Shown here one piece after another: positions 18,825 to 29,423 of a stretch of DNA of 64,000 nucleotides. How positions within the stretch are numbered: position 1 is the first letter of the stretch; each line of letters starts with the position of its first letter. The position numbers and the translations under genes were made by a program. Below the pieces are notes generated by a model that was given only the letters and a program-made list of their open reading frames with translations, was not told where the DNA came from and searched no databases. Source of the stretch: an uncultured cyanobacterium (GTDB taxonomy: Bacteria; Cyanobacteriota; Cyanobacteriia; Cyanobacteriales; Nostocaceae); assembly GCA_963706595.1 (NCBI GenBank), contig OY970166.1, positions 1,760,001 to 1,824,000 of the forward strand. Direction: 5' to 3'.

Positions 18825-20219
18825 ATGCTAACCACCCTCGCTGACACCCAAAACATCCTTTCCGACCTCATCGCCCGCTACTCACCCCGTGTAGATTACT
18901 TAGTCATCCGCCTCGAACAATCCGAAGGAACGGATATTTTATTACGTGGCAACCAAGTAGAAACCCTGAGTGAAGGCATTTCCATTGGTGGACATATTCG
19001 AGCTTGTTATAAAGGTGGTTGGGGATTCAGTAGTTTTAACCAACTGGCGACCATTAAAGAACGGATTGAAGAAGCGATCGCCGCAGCGAGAATGGTAGGT
19101 GATGAAAAAACTATTTTAGCCCCCATTGACCCGGTACAAGCAATATGCAGACTACCTCTCACAGGTAGTGATCCCCGCAAAATCCCGGTGGGGCAGAAAA
19201 AAGAACTGTGCGATCGCTATACTGATTTATTAAAAAGCCTTGATCATCGCATTACCACCACCTCAGTCCGCTACGGTGACAGCGCCCAAAAAGTAATTAT
19301 TGCTACCTCAGAAGGAACCTTCATCGAACAATCTTGGGTAGATATGGAAATGCGTTTTGCCGCCACAGCCAGAAACGGCGACACTGTGCAAACCGGCAGA
19401 GAAACCACTGGTTCTCGCAAAGCCTACGAAGATTTAACTGTTTTGGATCAACAAGTTCAAAGTGCAGCCCAAAGAGCGATCGCAGCCTTAACTCTACCAT
19501 CAGTCAAAGGCAATACCTACACAGTAGTCATTGACCCTATTCTCACCGGCTTATTTGTTCACGAAGCCTTTGGACATCTTTCCGAAGCTGATATGGCTTA
19601 CGAAAACCCAGATTTATTGGAAGTCATGACCATTGGTCGGCGGTTCGGCACAGAAGAACTGCAAATTTTTGATGGTGCTGCCCCCGAAGGTCATCGCGGT
19701 AGTTATTTTTACGATGATGAAGGCACACCCAGTAGTACCACGCAACTAATTAAAGATGGCATTTTAGTCGGACGTTTACATTCTCGTGAAACCGCAGGCA
19801 AATTAGACGAAGCACCTACCGGGAACGCTCGTTGTCTAAATTATCACTTTAACCCCATTGTCCGGATGACAAACACCTGGATTCAAAGAGGTCAAACACC
19901 AGTTGCCGACTTATTCTCAGGGATCAAATCAGGAGTATACGCCCGTAACTGGCTAGGTGGCATGACCAACGGGGAAATGTTCACCTTTAGTGCTGGGGAA
20001 GCGTGGATGATTAGAAACGGTGAAATAGCCGAACCTGTCAGAGATGTGACACTTTCGGGTAACGTTTTCCAAACCTTGGCGGACATTGAAGCCGTTGGTG
20101 ATGACTTTTATTGGGATGAGTCCGGTGGTTGCGGGAAAGGTGGACAGAATGGCTTACCTGTTGGTTGTGGTGGTCCCAGTCTGCGGATTCGGGATGTAGT
20201 AGTTGGTGGGGAAACGTGA
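18825..20219 (+). CDS. tldD: TldD metalloprotease subunit
   Basis: HEAFGH, YDDEG, RMTNT and CGKGGQ motifs. Confidence 0.92.
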   Translation: MLTTLADTQNILSDLIARYSPRVDYLVIRLEQSEGTDILLRGNQVETLSEGISIGGHIRACYKGGWGFSSFNQLATIKERIEEAIAAARMVGDEKTILAPIDPVQAICRLPLTGSDPRKIPVGQKKELCDRYTDLLKSLDHRITTTSVRYGDSAQKVIIATSEGTFIEQSWVDMEMRFAATARNGDTVQTGRETTGSRKAYEDLTVLDQQVQSAAQRAIAALTLPSVKGNTYTVVIDPILTGLFVHEAFGHLSEADMAYENPDLLEVMTIGRRFGTEELQIFDGAAPEGHRGSYFYDDEGTPSSTTQLIKDGILVGRLHSRETAGKLDEAPTGNARCLNYHFNPIVRMTNTWIQRGQTPVADLFSGIKSGVYARNWLGGMTNGEMFTFSAGEAWMIRNGEIAEPVRDVTLSGNVFQTLADIEAVGDDFYWDESGGCGKGGQNGLPVGCGGPSLRIRDVVVGGET

Positions 20220-20244
20220 ACGACTCCCCACTCTCCACTCCCCA

Positions 20245-21654
20245 TTACTCTGGACTAGAGTCTTGTCTTTTGTCTCGCACTTGGCGCAACTGTTGTATAA
20301 GTTTTTCGCCTGATTCGAGGGTGGAAGACAGTGAATTGTTATTGGCTTCGGATCTAGTCGATGGTTTGGGACTCATCGCGGCTGCGGGTGCTGATTGCTG
20401 ATTGGGGATTCGCAGTTCCGGTAATGGTTTGAGACTAGCTGCGGGTGATTGCTCAAGAGTAGTTGCAGCCGTTTTACCGTTGTTTTGGAAACGTAGGCTA
20501 AATGGATAACTGCTGATTTGCTCAACTCCTTTAGGAGACCTAGTATTAAAATATTCTCTTACCTTTAACTGCAAGTCAGGAGAAACTGATTGGTCTTGGA
20601 ATTTAATATCTAAAACCCTGCCTTCAGGATCTACCACTAAGAAACCCAAGACTGTACCTTCAAGATTGGGCTGATTTGCCGCCACAGTTTCCCGGATAAC
20701 TGGTTTTTCTTGAGAATTGGGGTACGCTTGCTGAATTTTTTGTCTCAGTCCTTCGTATGAGTTTAACTGGGCGATTAGTCCTTGTTGTTGCTCATTTACT
20801 TTTTTCAAGGGCAACTCAGGTGTTTTCGGAGTCAATTCCGGCTGCATTCTGGGAATGCGTTGATTTGCCAGGGCTAACTGATCTTGAGGTTGTGGAGTTT
20901 GTTGGAGGCGAGCTATTAGCTCTTGCTTGCCATTATTCCCAGCCTGTGAGGTTTGGGGAGTGGGATTTGTGACTGTGGTGGTGGGGGGGGTATTTGGCAA
21001 GTCACTAGGTAGTCTAGACGGAGTATTTGGCAAGTCATTAGGTAGTCTAGACGCAGTTACTTTTGGCAATCTTTCTACAGCTACTGCTTGGCCTGCCACT
21101 CTGACCTCGCTTTGATCAAAAGAGCGAGTTGATGGGGTAAAACTTTGATCAGCAGCGTTGAAACCAGAGGGATCAAATCGAAATTCCTCTCTAGGTGCTG
21201 TCGGTGCAGACGCAACTGCATCTGTAGGCTGCCTTTGGGGGAAAGAAACATTGCTGCGATTAGCAGAAATCCGATAGTTAGGTGTTGGTGTTCTGTTAAT
21301 TGGCGGCAAGACAGACTGCCTATAGGTAGATGATGGCAAGGGTGGCAATACACTTCTGGACACATCCAGATTTGGAGGCAGAAGTTGCGGTTGTTGAGGA
21401 AGTTGTGGTTGCAGAGCCACTTGGGATGGGAATGTACTGGGAGTCTCTGGCAAACGGTTTTGATCAGCTTGGCTTAATTCCAAGATGCCGACTGATTCTG
21501 GAGATGCTGAGACTTGAGATTGCTCAGAATCTACAGGCATCAATGGCACAATCAACGCAATAGCACCGTGAATGCCAAGGGAGGCTATTGCTGCTATCCC
21601 AGTTGGTTGGCTGAGGATTTCTGGTATATTTTTTAGCAGGGAGACGTAAGACAT
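20245..21654 (-). CDS. Membrane-anchored Pro/Gln-rich protein with a TonB-C-like domain
   Basis: N-terminal helix with ASLGIHG, long low-complexity linker and GTVLGFLVVDPEGRVLDI segment. Confidence 0.6.
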   Translation of the reverse strand: MSYVSLLKNIPEILSQPTGIAAIASLGIHGAIALIVPLMPVDSEQSQVSASPESVGILELSQADQNRLPETPSTFPSQVALQPQLPQQPQLLPPNLDVSRSVLPPLPSSTYRQSVLPPINRTPTPNYRISANRSNVSFPQRQPTDAVASAPTAPREEFRFDPSGFNAADQSFTPSTRSFDQSEVRVAGQAVAVERLPKVTASRLPNDLPNTPSRLPSDLPNTPPTTTVTNPTPQTSQAGNNGKQELIARLQQTPQPQDQLALANQRIPRMQPELTPKTPELPLKKVNEQQQGLIAQLNSYEGLRQKIQQAYPNSQEKPVIRETVAANQPNLEGTVLGFLVVDPEGRVLDIKFQDQSVSPDLQLKVREYFNTRSPKGVEQISSYPFSLRFQNNGKTAATTLEQSPAASLKPLPELRIPNQQSAPAAAMSPKPSTRSEANNNSLSSTLESGEKLIQQLRQVRDKRQDSSPE

Positions 21655-22118
21655 AGCTATTATCGTTCACTCGGCTCGGTTGCGGTTGACTAGCAAAGCA
21701 ATTTTATCTTAACTACAAGAGATGCATTTTGATAAAAATCATCACTTCCTATACTGGTAGTTAAAATGGCAGGATAGGTTTTTTCAAGTTTTTAATTTTT
21801 CATCTCAATGAGAAAATGTTTCTTTTACTCACTAGGCACTGGAAAATGTTCACTTTTGAATTGCGATTTATATGAGGAGATGCACAGTATGGAATGGAAT
21901 CTAGAGTAGTTGCCACTGATCGCCATCGCATCAGTCTAAATATATAACTATATCTGTGGCAGTTGCTGGTTTCATTAGCCGACTGTCTTGGACTGAGTTA
22001 CTTTCTTCTAACAAATACCAAACTCGCTTTGAAAACAGAAGATAGTTTCGCTTAATCTTATCACATCAGCCCAATTTTCCACTGTAGCCAAATTGGCTAT
22101 TTACCCCGACATTCCCAG

Positions 22119-22808
22119 ATGCCACTACCCACAATTATTCTGCCTGGATATTTAGAAAGTGCGATCGCCTACCGTCAATTAGAGCAATCTTTATTGCAGT
22201 TAGGTGTACCCACAGCAACAGTACCACTGCGGCGGCGGGACTGGTTAGCTACCATTGGCAGACCCGTAACACCCATTGTTCAGCAACTGGATTGGACTGT
22301 AAAACAGATGCTGCACAAACATAACGCCGCTCAAGTCAATTTAATTGGGCATTCCGCCGGAGGCTGGGTTTCCCGCATTTATCTAGGAGACCAGCCTTAT
22401 TCAGGAAGAGGTAAAGTCACATCCTGCTGGAAAGCTCACCCTTTGGTTGCTAGTTTGATCACTCTAGGTACACCCCATATTAGCCAAGAACGTTGGACAC
22501 GGGCGAACTTGGATTTTGTGACTCATCACTATCCCGGTGCTTTTTACAAAAGTGTGCGTTACGTTTGTGTAGCCGGAAAAACTATCTTTGGTCAAAGGAG
22601 ACCCGGCGGCTGGCTAGCTTACAACAGTTATCAACAAACCTGCGGTCAAGGTAACACCTGGGGCGATGGCATCACACCCATTGCGGCTGCTCATCTAGAA
22701 GGCGCAGAAAATTTGGTAATTCCTGATGTCCAACATTCGCCAAGAAGCCCTGGAATTTGGTATGGCTCCCCAGAACCTTTAAAATCTTGGGTGGAGTATT
22801 TATTTTAG
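22119..22808 (+). CDS. Alpha/beta hydrolase (lipase/esterase)
   Basis: GHSAGG nucleophile, LGTPH, GDGITP, QHSP. Confidence 0.88.
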   Translation: MPLPTIILPGYLESAIAYRQLEQSLLQLGVPTATVPLRRRDWLATIGRPVTPIVQQLDWTVKQMLHKHNAAQVNLIGHSAGGWVSRIYLGDQPYSGRGKVTSCWKAHPLVASLITLGTPHISQERWTRANLDFVTHHYPGAFYKSVRYVCVAGKTIFGQRRPGGWLAYNSYQQTCGQGNTWGDGITPIAAAHLEGAENLVIPDVQHSPRSPGIWYGSPEPLKSWVEYLF

Positions 22809-22912
22809 AGAAATTTGTCTTTCTTTGAGAAAAGCAAAATAAATTCATATTTCTTAGTTAAAATTGTAGTAAAAGTACATACACATTTAGCTAAGAATAG
22901 GCAGGGGAAACT

Positions 22913-23530
22913 ATGCAAAGTACCCAGTTCGATCGAATTTTCCGGCGACTGGCAACAATTTTAGCCGTAGCAATGCTGAGTTTGTGCTTGATTTATATCA
23001 CCACAGGAATTTTGCTTTCTTTTTACTACGAACCCACCGCAGGGGGAGCATATCAATCCTTGAAAACGATTAATACACAAGTACCCTACGGGTGGTTGTT
23101 CCGCAGAGCGCATGATCTGGCTGGTAATGCAGTCATTGTGGTCGCGTTAGTGCAAATTGTCGTGATGTTTTTAGGGCGGCAATTTAGCAAAAGTTGGCTC
23201 ATTGCTTGGATTAGTGGAATTTTCTTAACTTTAAGCGTCATTGGTCTAGATTGGACAGCGATGCTTTTAGACTGGACTCAAGTAGGCTACTGGCGTTTTA
23301 GCATTGAGCTAGGAACCATCGAAGCAATTCCGTTTATAGGTGGGCAACTACGAGACATTCTCACAGGTGGTGGTGCCATTAGCACAGTCACGGTTGCACA
23401 TCTTTATACCATTAACAGTTATATCCTGGCAGTTGCTGCCATCATCTTGGCTGTGGTACATTTATCCGCCCTAATTTGGCAAGAACAGCGAATGTATCAA
23501 TTCTTAGGCACATCACCCGTAAAAAGTTGA
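22913..23530 (+). CDS. Cytochrome b N-terminal-domain protein (divergent cytochrome b6 paralog)
   Basis: TGILLSFYYEPT, GWLFRRAH, QVGYW, IPFIG...L.GG; four hydrophobic helices. Confidence 0.85.
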   Translation: MQSTQFDRIFRRLATILAVAMLSLCLIYITTGILLSFYYEPTAGGAYQSLKTINTQVPYGWLFRRAHDLAGNAVIVVALVQIVVMFLGRQFSKSWLIAWISGIFLTLSVIGLDWTAMLLDWTQVGYWRFSIELGTIEAIPFIGGQLRDILTGGGAISTVTVAHLYTINSYILAVAAIILAVVHLSALIWQEQRMYQFLGTSPVKS

Positions 23531-25416
23531 GATAATTTTTCCAAGGGTAGTTCTTCCATCTCCGGTAAAGTTTCTAGAGATAGGCGAGTTGATTGGGTAC
23601 CACCGGATAAACGCTTTAACAAGTTGGGTCTGGGGTCATGCAATAAATAGATAATGCGATCGCCTACTAACCATTCTTGACTAGCTGGCATCACCTGTAA
23701 ACGGTCTTCTCGCTCTACCAACAACGGAATCAAATCTCCAGACTTAATTTTTTCTTGAATGCGCTCTTGTTGTTTACCAAATTCAGAATCATTGAGTGTA
23801 GTTGTTCCCAGCTTCACTCTGCCATCGTTCAGGTACTCATTCCAAGTTTTAATGACTAACTCTGTCGCGAAAGCTTGGCTCACTTTATGATTGCTACTGG
23901 AATTAGCTTGGGGTTTACGGGGAAAAACTGCCAAAACACGGGGCGGACTAAATTCTTCAGCCGCCCGTTGCGCCAAGACAAAATTCACCTCACCGTTATT
24001 AGTCATCGCCAAAAAAGTTCCCATAGAAGCCAGTCCAGCTTCTTCCAAAACAGAAACATCCAGCGCACTGCTAGAAATCACCCGAATATCTTGCTCTGCT
24101 GCTTGTTCACAACGTTCCGGGTCAGTGTCAATCATCACCACCGTTTCTCCCCGTTCTTGAAAGAAACGGGCAATTAACAAACTCAAGGGATTGCAACCCA
24201 CAATCACCGCCCCAGTAGCATCCTTGGAAGTGATGCGTAGCCATTTAGCAATGGTTCCAGCTGTTAACCCTTGACAAACCACCGTCATGATAATTGTCAA
24301 GAAAACTAAAGCTTTGATGGCATCACCACCGTTAATACCGCGCTGTGTCAACGAAATGGCAAACAAAGAAGCCACAGAAGCCGAGACAATTCCTCTAGGG
24401 GCTACCCAGCTTAAAAATAGTTTCTGTCGCCAATTCAGATTACTGTTCCAAGTACAGCAGAGAATGTTAATGGGACGAACCACGAACATGAGTACTAAAA
24501 CAGTAAAAACACTACCCCAACCCAAAGCAAACACACTCGCAATGGAAAGGTCAGCCGCTAGGAGAATGAATAGCACCGAGACGCTGAGAATAGTCAGTTG
24601 ACCTTTAAAGCTTCGCAATGAACGCTCTTCTGGTACAGACGAGTTAGCAAATACCGCACCAGCAATAACTGTAGTCATGACTCCTGATTCACTCCGAATC
24701 GTCTGCGCCACAGTAAACAGACCCCAGAGAATCGCCAGCACTACCAGATTCTTTAACTCTGGGGAGAGAAAGTTAGCGCGTTTGAAAATTAAGCTCATCA
24801 AGTAGCCGCCTGCGCCACCAATAGCCGCACCAATTCCCAGACGCATCACTAAACCGATAATGGCATTGATGGGGTCAGCATCACCATTGATAATGGTGTC
24901 TAGGACAACGAAGGCGAGAATAGCTCCTACTGGGTCGATTAAAACTCCCTCTCCTTCTAAAATCGTTGCTACTTGACGATCTACATTGATTTGTTTGAGC
25001 AGGGGGCTAATCACAGTGGGACCGGTGACAACAATGATCGAGCCATAGAGAAAAGCGATATTCCAAGGAAACTCGCCCAGCCAGTGGGCAGCCATACTAC
25101 CACCAATTAATGTGATTAGTGTTCCCAAGGTGACGAGCAATTGTAGGCTGACGGAAACTCTGCCCAACTCCTGTACATCCAGGTTAAGTCCGCCTTCAAA
25201 TAAAATTATTGCCGTTGCTAGGGCAACAATCACTTCTAGTCCAGAACCTAGTACATGAGGATGCAACACGCCCAGCCCATCGGAGCCAAGGAGAATGCCT
25301 AGTAACAATAACAAGACAATACTAGGTAAGCGAAAATATGCAGCCAACACCTGGGCGGTAATGCCTGCAACAACGACGCTCACTATCTGTAGGGTTATTT
25401 CAAAAGATGCTTCCAT
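23497..25416 (-). CDS. CPA1 cation:proton antiporter with TrkA-N domain
   Basis: Multiple hydrophobic helices, TGPTV, EGVLIDP, APRGIV and a C-terminal Rossmann-like domain. Confidence 0.92.
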   Translation of the reverse strand: MEASFEITLQIVSVVVAGITAQVLAAYFRLPSIVLLLLLGILLGSDGLGVLHPHVLGSGLEVIVALATAIILFEGGLNLDVQELGRVSVSLQLLVTLGTLITLIGGSMAAHWLGEFPWNIAFLYGSIIVVTGPTVISPLLKQINVDRQVATILEGEGVLIDPVGAILAFVVLDTIINGDADPINAIIGLVMRLGIGAAIGGAGGYLMSLIFKRANFLSPELKNLVVLAILWGLFTVAQTIRSESGVMTTVIAGAVFANSSVPEERSLRSFKGQLTILSVSVLFILLAADLSIASVFALGWGSVFTVLVLMFVVRPINILCCTWNSNLNWRQKLFLSWVAPRGIVSASVASLFAISLTQRGINGGDAIKALVFLTIIMTVVCQGLTAGTIAKWLRITSKDATGAVIVGCNPLSLLIARFFQERGETVVMIDTDPERCEQAAEQDIRVISSSALDVSVLEEAGLASMGTFLAMTNNGEVNFVLAQRAAEEFSPPRVLAVFPRKPQANSSSNHKVSQAFATELVIKTWNEYLNDGRVKLGTTTLNDSEFGKQQERIQEKIKSGDLIPLLVEREDRLQVMPASQEWLVGDRIIYLLHDPRPNLLKRLSGGTQSTRLSLETLPEMEELPLEKLSQLFTGDVPKN

Positions 25417-25807
25417 GTTGTAGATTTTGAGCTATATATTTCAAAATCTTTTGTAAAGAATAGTAAATATCACCTCTACAGAGTACAACATCACATCCTC
25501 TGTCCCCAGCGAAATCCAGAGTTTTTTCATACTTAGTCCTCTATATCACTCCATTGTGTCATGACTTGGAGAAACATCTGATGGTGCTAGTACCGCCGTG
25601 AAGTCAGGAGGGGCGGATTGCAATCCGCCTGTACTTCGTAGCGTATGCAGCGCCGCAAGTATTTTAGATTAACTTTCCCCTTGTGGGATGAGGGAAACGA
25701 GCAGGTCTTTAGACTTGAGTTCATTATGTGCGTGATGCACAAATTTAACTATAAGCTATGTCTTGCCGCCCATTTTAGCCGGGAAAAAACTTTTTTTGCA
25801 AAAGCTA

Positions 25808-25836
25808 TTGACATCAACCAGGAAATTAGTTATTTT
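25808..25836 (+). promoter_or_regulatory. Sigma70-type promoter of tRNA-Glu
   Basis: TTGACA-17 bp-TATTTT ending 20 nt upstream of the tRNA. Confidence 0.65.
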
Positions 25837-25856
25837 ATAAAAGGTCTAGGACATAC

Positions 25857-25929
25857 GCCCCCATCGTCTAGAGGCCTAGGACACCTCCCTTTCACGGAGG
25901 CGACGGGGATTCGAATTCCCCTGGGGGTA
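25857..25929 (+). tRNA. trnE: tRNA-Glu(TTC)
   Basis: Acceptor stem GCCCCCA/TGGGGGT, anticodon arm CCTCC-CTTTCAC-GGAGG, T arm GGGGA-TTCGAAT-TCCCC; CCA not encoded. Confidence 0.97.
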
Positions 25930-26016
25930 TTTCCAGAATAGAAAGTAGAATAATGTGGTTTTTCGATAAGCCTTTTCTTGTGTGACTTGTTCCCAAGGAA
26001 AGGCTTATTACTTTTA

Positions 26017-26260
26017 TAGCAACTGCCAAGGAGGTTAAGACATAAACTGATCATCAAACTTAGACACCAAAAGGGTTTTAACTCACTCCCCAGAAGAAGC
26101 AGGGGAGCAGGGCGCACCGGAGTAAGGGGGAGTTAGAAATTATTTTAAACTTCCGGTTACTTAACAACCATTCTTCTTCTCCCCTGCCCCCTGCCCCCTG
26201 CCTCCTGCCCCTTTTCCTCTTCTCCCCACTCCCCACTCCCCACTCCCTACTCCCCAGCTA
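26017..26260. mobile_element. MITE family C carrying CCCCTGC and CCCCACT arrays
   Basis: TA-TAGCAACTGCCAAGGAGGTTAAGACA...CTCCCCAGCTA-TA. Confidence 0.7.
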
Positions 26261-26274
26261 TATATCTAAGTAGT

Positions 26275-26865
26275 TTAGTTTTTTAACTGTTCTACACGTT
26301 GGTGAATAGCTAAAAGATTTACCCGCAGATCATTGCTGAGGCGACGTTCAATGATTGTGATGGGCATCGTGAGCTTCGGCCAGACTCGAATGGTGTAACA
26401 CAGGGTAGTTCCGCTATCTTCACCCTGAGAATAAGGCTCTAAACACCAGCTACCAGAAAAGCCTTTGAAATCTCCTTCTACCATTGAGAAATTAATTTCT
26501 TTAGGGAAGCATTCTTCCAAGTCCAAGACGACACGCGCACAAAAGTTGAATTTGAGTAAGCGCTGAGAGCCGATTTGTTCGAGTCGAATCCCACCTTGAG
26601 GATGTTCTAACAAACAACTCTTAGCCAAGTTAGGAATGAAATCAGACAAGGCTTCGTAATCTGTGAGAACTTTCCAGATTCTTTCCACGGGCTGAGGAAT
26701 TTGGATTTTAGCGGTAATTTGTCGCTGTCTCTCGGCTATTTTCTCCACTTGAACTGCTACATCTGGTAAACCAACTGCATCAATAGTCAAGATGTTTTCT
26801 AGCTGGATGTGATCACTAGCGGCGCTAAGATCAAGATTTTCGGTGATGTTGTATTCTTCAGTCAC
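26275..26865 (-). CDS. SRPBCC-family (cyclase/dehydrase, lipid-binding) protein
   Basis: IWKVLTDYEALSDFIP and FSMVEGDFKGFSGSW; GTG at 26865 overlaps the upstream stop. Confidence 0.85.
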   Translation of the reverse strand: MTEEYNITENLDLSAASDHIQLENILTIDAVGLPDVAVQVEKIAERQRQITAKIQIPQPVERIWKVLTDYEALSDFIPNLAKSCLLEHPQGGIRLEQIGSQRLLKFNFCARVVLDLEECFPKEINFSMVEGDFKGFSGSWCLEPYSQGEDSGTTLCYTIRVWPKLTMPITIIERRLSNDLRVNLLAIHQRVEQLKN

Positions 26866-28900
26866 TTTGGGAATATGGTTTGCTTTCATCGGAAAATTGG
26901 GGCAGAGTCAGGGTGAAACAAACTTCACTCAGGGAAGAATTTGAGATTGGCATACTCTCAACAGCGATCGCCCCATTCAAGTGCTGCACTAAAGATTTGA
27001 CTAGGGCAAGTCCCAGTCCAGTACCTGGATGCCAGCGTCCTTTACCACGACGAAATTTGTCGAAAATATAGGTGGCTTCCTCTTCAGATATGGCCCGCCC
27101 TGTGTTGGTCACTTTAATAATAACTTGATCGATTTGGGCTTCAACTTGGTGAAATGCTTGCAGGTGGACAATGGTATCATGCTCAGAATACGTATAGGCA
27201 TTATTTAATAATTCTTGGATGATGCGGTCAAAACTTTCTAGTTCGGTTTGTAGTATTAACGGTTTCGATGGTAAATCTACGGTAATCCTTGAACCTTTTG
27301 TGACTAATTTCTCCTCGAAGGCTGCACCTAATTCCTGAATTTTAGTATTTAAATTAATCGTCTCAAATTGCAAAGGTTCTTGATCAGATTCTAGTTTCTG
27401 TAAGGTCAGCAAGTCATTGATTAAGTTGATTTCCTTGGTACATTCTTGCTCTAAAATATCTAAGTATTTAGCTTGACGTTCTGGTGCTATTCCTGGCAGA
27501 CGTAAATTCTTAATCGACATCAGCATATTTGTCAGGGGATAGCGCAAGCGATCGCTCATGTTGCTCAAAAATTCATCTTTAAGCTCGTTGATTTCCCGCA
27601 GTTGCCCAACATATCGCCGCGTTCTTTCATGCAATTTTGCTTGGAGTTCCAGACTGCTTTTTAATTTTGCCGTCCGTTCATCCACCACCGTCTGTACTTG
27701 CCGTAGTGTCTGGGACTGAATGATGGCATTGCTGACTTGGGCGCAGACCATTTCTACCAGATTTAATTCTGCTGGTTGCCAATGGCGGGGTAGTGCTTGT
27801 TGTAACACTAAAAATCCTAAAACTTTGCCTTGATTCTCTAATGGCATTAACAGCACTGTCGGTAAAGCCTCAATTGTAAACAATGGGGCCACTGTGCCAG
27901 CATCCTGTACGTTTATATAATCAGTGATGATCACCGGGTTGCCAACTTCTGTAAACACGCGTTGACACAAACTACACTCGGCAAGGGAAAATGTCTGAGC
28001 TAGAGTATCCGATTGCATCCCAGGGGAAATTGGTTTTTCCCGATTCCATTCCCCAGCAACGGTAGCTTTGGCTTGGGGAATTTGTTTTTGAGGTTTAATT
28101 CTAAATAGCGGATCTGTGTATTTGAGCAGGATCAACAAACCCCGATCTGCTTGTAGTGATTCGGCTGTAGAGGCGATCGCTAACTGGAGCATTTGATTCA
28201 ACTCCAAGTTAGTCCGGCTGAGTGTGGTTAATTGCTTGATTAAGCTTTGATGGTGGTGAAACTTGTGTATATACTGACGTTGAGTAGCAATCAACTGGGC
28301 TTGTATGACTTGGGAAAAGGCGATCGCGCAGGAAGATTCTATGCATTTGAGCAGTTGTTTTTCTGACTCTTGCCAATCGTAAGTCTGGAATTTGATTAAA
28401 CAAATCACGCCGTTATTTTTGCCTGCCAACCGTGTGGGGAGTGCCAAAACAGCTTTGATCGGTAATGGCAGGTATTGAGATCCAACTACCAAACTGTTTT
28501 GAATAGTGGAAATGTTCTCCATAGTTAATGGTTCAGCCGCACATTCCACGACCGGTAAGTTCGTCATTAACTGCTCCATCGAGAACATCTGGCCCGAATG
28601 CTCCATTGCCAGATACTCATCAGAACACCAATTAGCAGCAGTTGCATGATCTGAGACTTCGTTAGTAACTGTCACTAAGCAGCAGCAGTCTACATTGAAG
28701 CTAACTCCTAGCAATTGAGCAATCTCTTGCAACATCAAGGCCGTAACCGAACTGTTGGCAATGATGTGGTTGATTATTTGTGGCAGATCGTGGACAACTT
28801 CTTCCTGATGCTGCATCAGCTTAACTGTGTATGATTGTTTTGGCTGTAGGTCATCCGGGTATTGTAGTGGCAATGATAGATAATTGTTCATTCCTGGCAA
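26858..28900 (-). CDS. Double-GAF sensor histidine kinase-like protein with a degenerate H-box
   Basis: Two GAF-like domains, HisKA-like KDEFLSNMSDRLRYPL and HATPase-like IFDKF...GTGLGL. Confidence 0.88.
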   Translation of the reverse strand: MPGMNNYLSLPLQYPDDLQPKQSYTVKLMQHQEEVVHDLPQIINHIIANSSVTALMLQEIAQLLGVSFNVDCCCLVTVTNEVSDHATAANWCSDEYLAMEHSGQMFSMEQLMTNLPVVECAAEPLTMENISTIQNSLVVGSQYLPLPIKAVLALPTRLAGKNNGVICLIKFQTYDWQESEKQLLKCIESSCAIAFSQVIQAQLIATQRQYIHKFHHHQSLIKQLTTLSRTNLELNQMLQLAIASTAESLQADRGLLILLKYTDPLFRIKPQKQIPQAKATVAGEWNREKPISPGMQSDTLAQTFSLAECSLCQRVFTEVGNPVIITDYINVQDAGTVAPLFTIEALPTVLLMPLENQGKVLGFLVLQQALPRHWQPAELNLVEMVCAQVSNAIIQSQTLRQVQTVVDERTAKLKSSLELQAKLHERTRRYVGQLREINELKDEFLSNMSDRLRYPLTNMLMSIKNLRLPGIAPERQAKYLDILEQECTKEINLINDLLTLQKLESDQEPLQFETINLNTKIQELGAAFEEKLVTKGSRITVDLPSKPLILQTELESFDRIIQELLNNAYTYSEHDTIVHLQAFHQVEAQIDQVIIKVTNTGRAISEEEATYIFDKFRRGKGRWHPGTGLGLALVKSLVQHLNGAIAVESMPISNSSLSEVCFTLTLPQFSDESKPYSQSD

Positions 28901-29423
28901 TCTCTTGGATAATTAGCCCATTTTTCGGATCACCAATTGCTTGGCATATCTTTGACGGTGAATTACGTTGCTCAACTTTGACAAATTGTCAACCTTTGAT
29001 CAAGACTTTCTTTCCCTCTGTTATAGCCCCTTTTTGATTTCAGATGACCAAGTTACTGATAGAGATATTAAATTGGTGTCTATGTAAGCATAAAAATATT
29101 TAAAATATACTTAAGATCCTGGATTCAGAATAATATTTAGTTTTTCATGCAGATTTAACTAACATAGAACTAGGATATCTTCTCTATAAATATACATAAA
29201 CCGTATTTTCTCTTGATTTTAGACAATAAATTGGAAGTCCCTAACTGTATTAACACTGTACTGACTAATTTTGCGTGGAATTATCTTTTGCTGTAAACTT
29301 AATCAGGAGGTAACATATAATTGACCTCCAGAGAATCTACCCATAGAAGGAATGAAGCTAAATTCTGAATGCAGCCCCTTTGGACTTGTGAGTTAAATGG
29401 GCTGCATTCACCGGCATAAAAGG

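Noticed and set aside
22869..22882. NtcA site GTA-N8-TAC before the cytochrome b paralog
   Set aside because: No -10 box at the usual distance, and the motif is short enough to occur by chance.
25645..26117. Two short ORFs over the tRNA
   Set aside because: They overlap tRNA-Glu, its promoter and repeats.
25930..26274. Genomic island integrated at tRNA-Glu
   Set aside because: No integrase and no duplicated tRNA 3' end seen; only a MITE follows.
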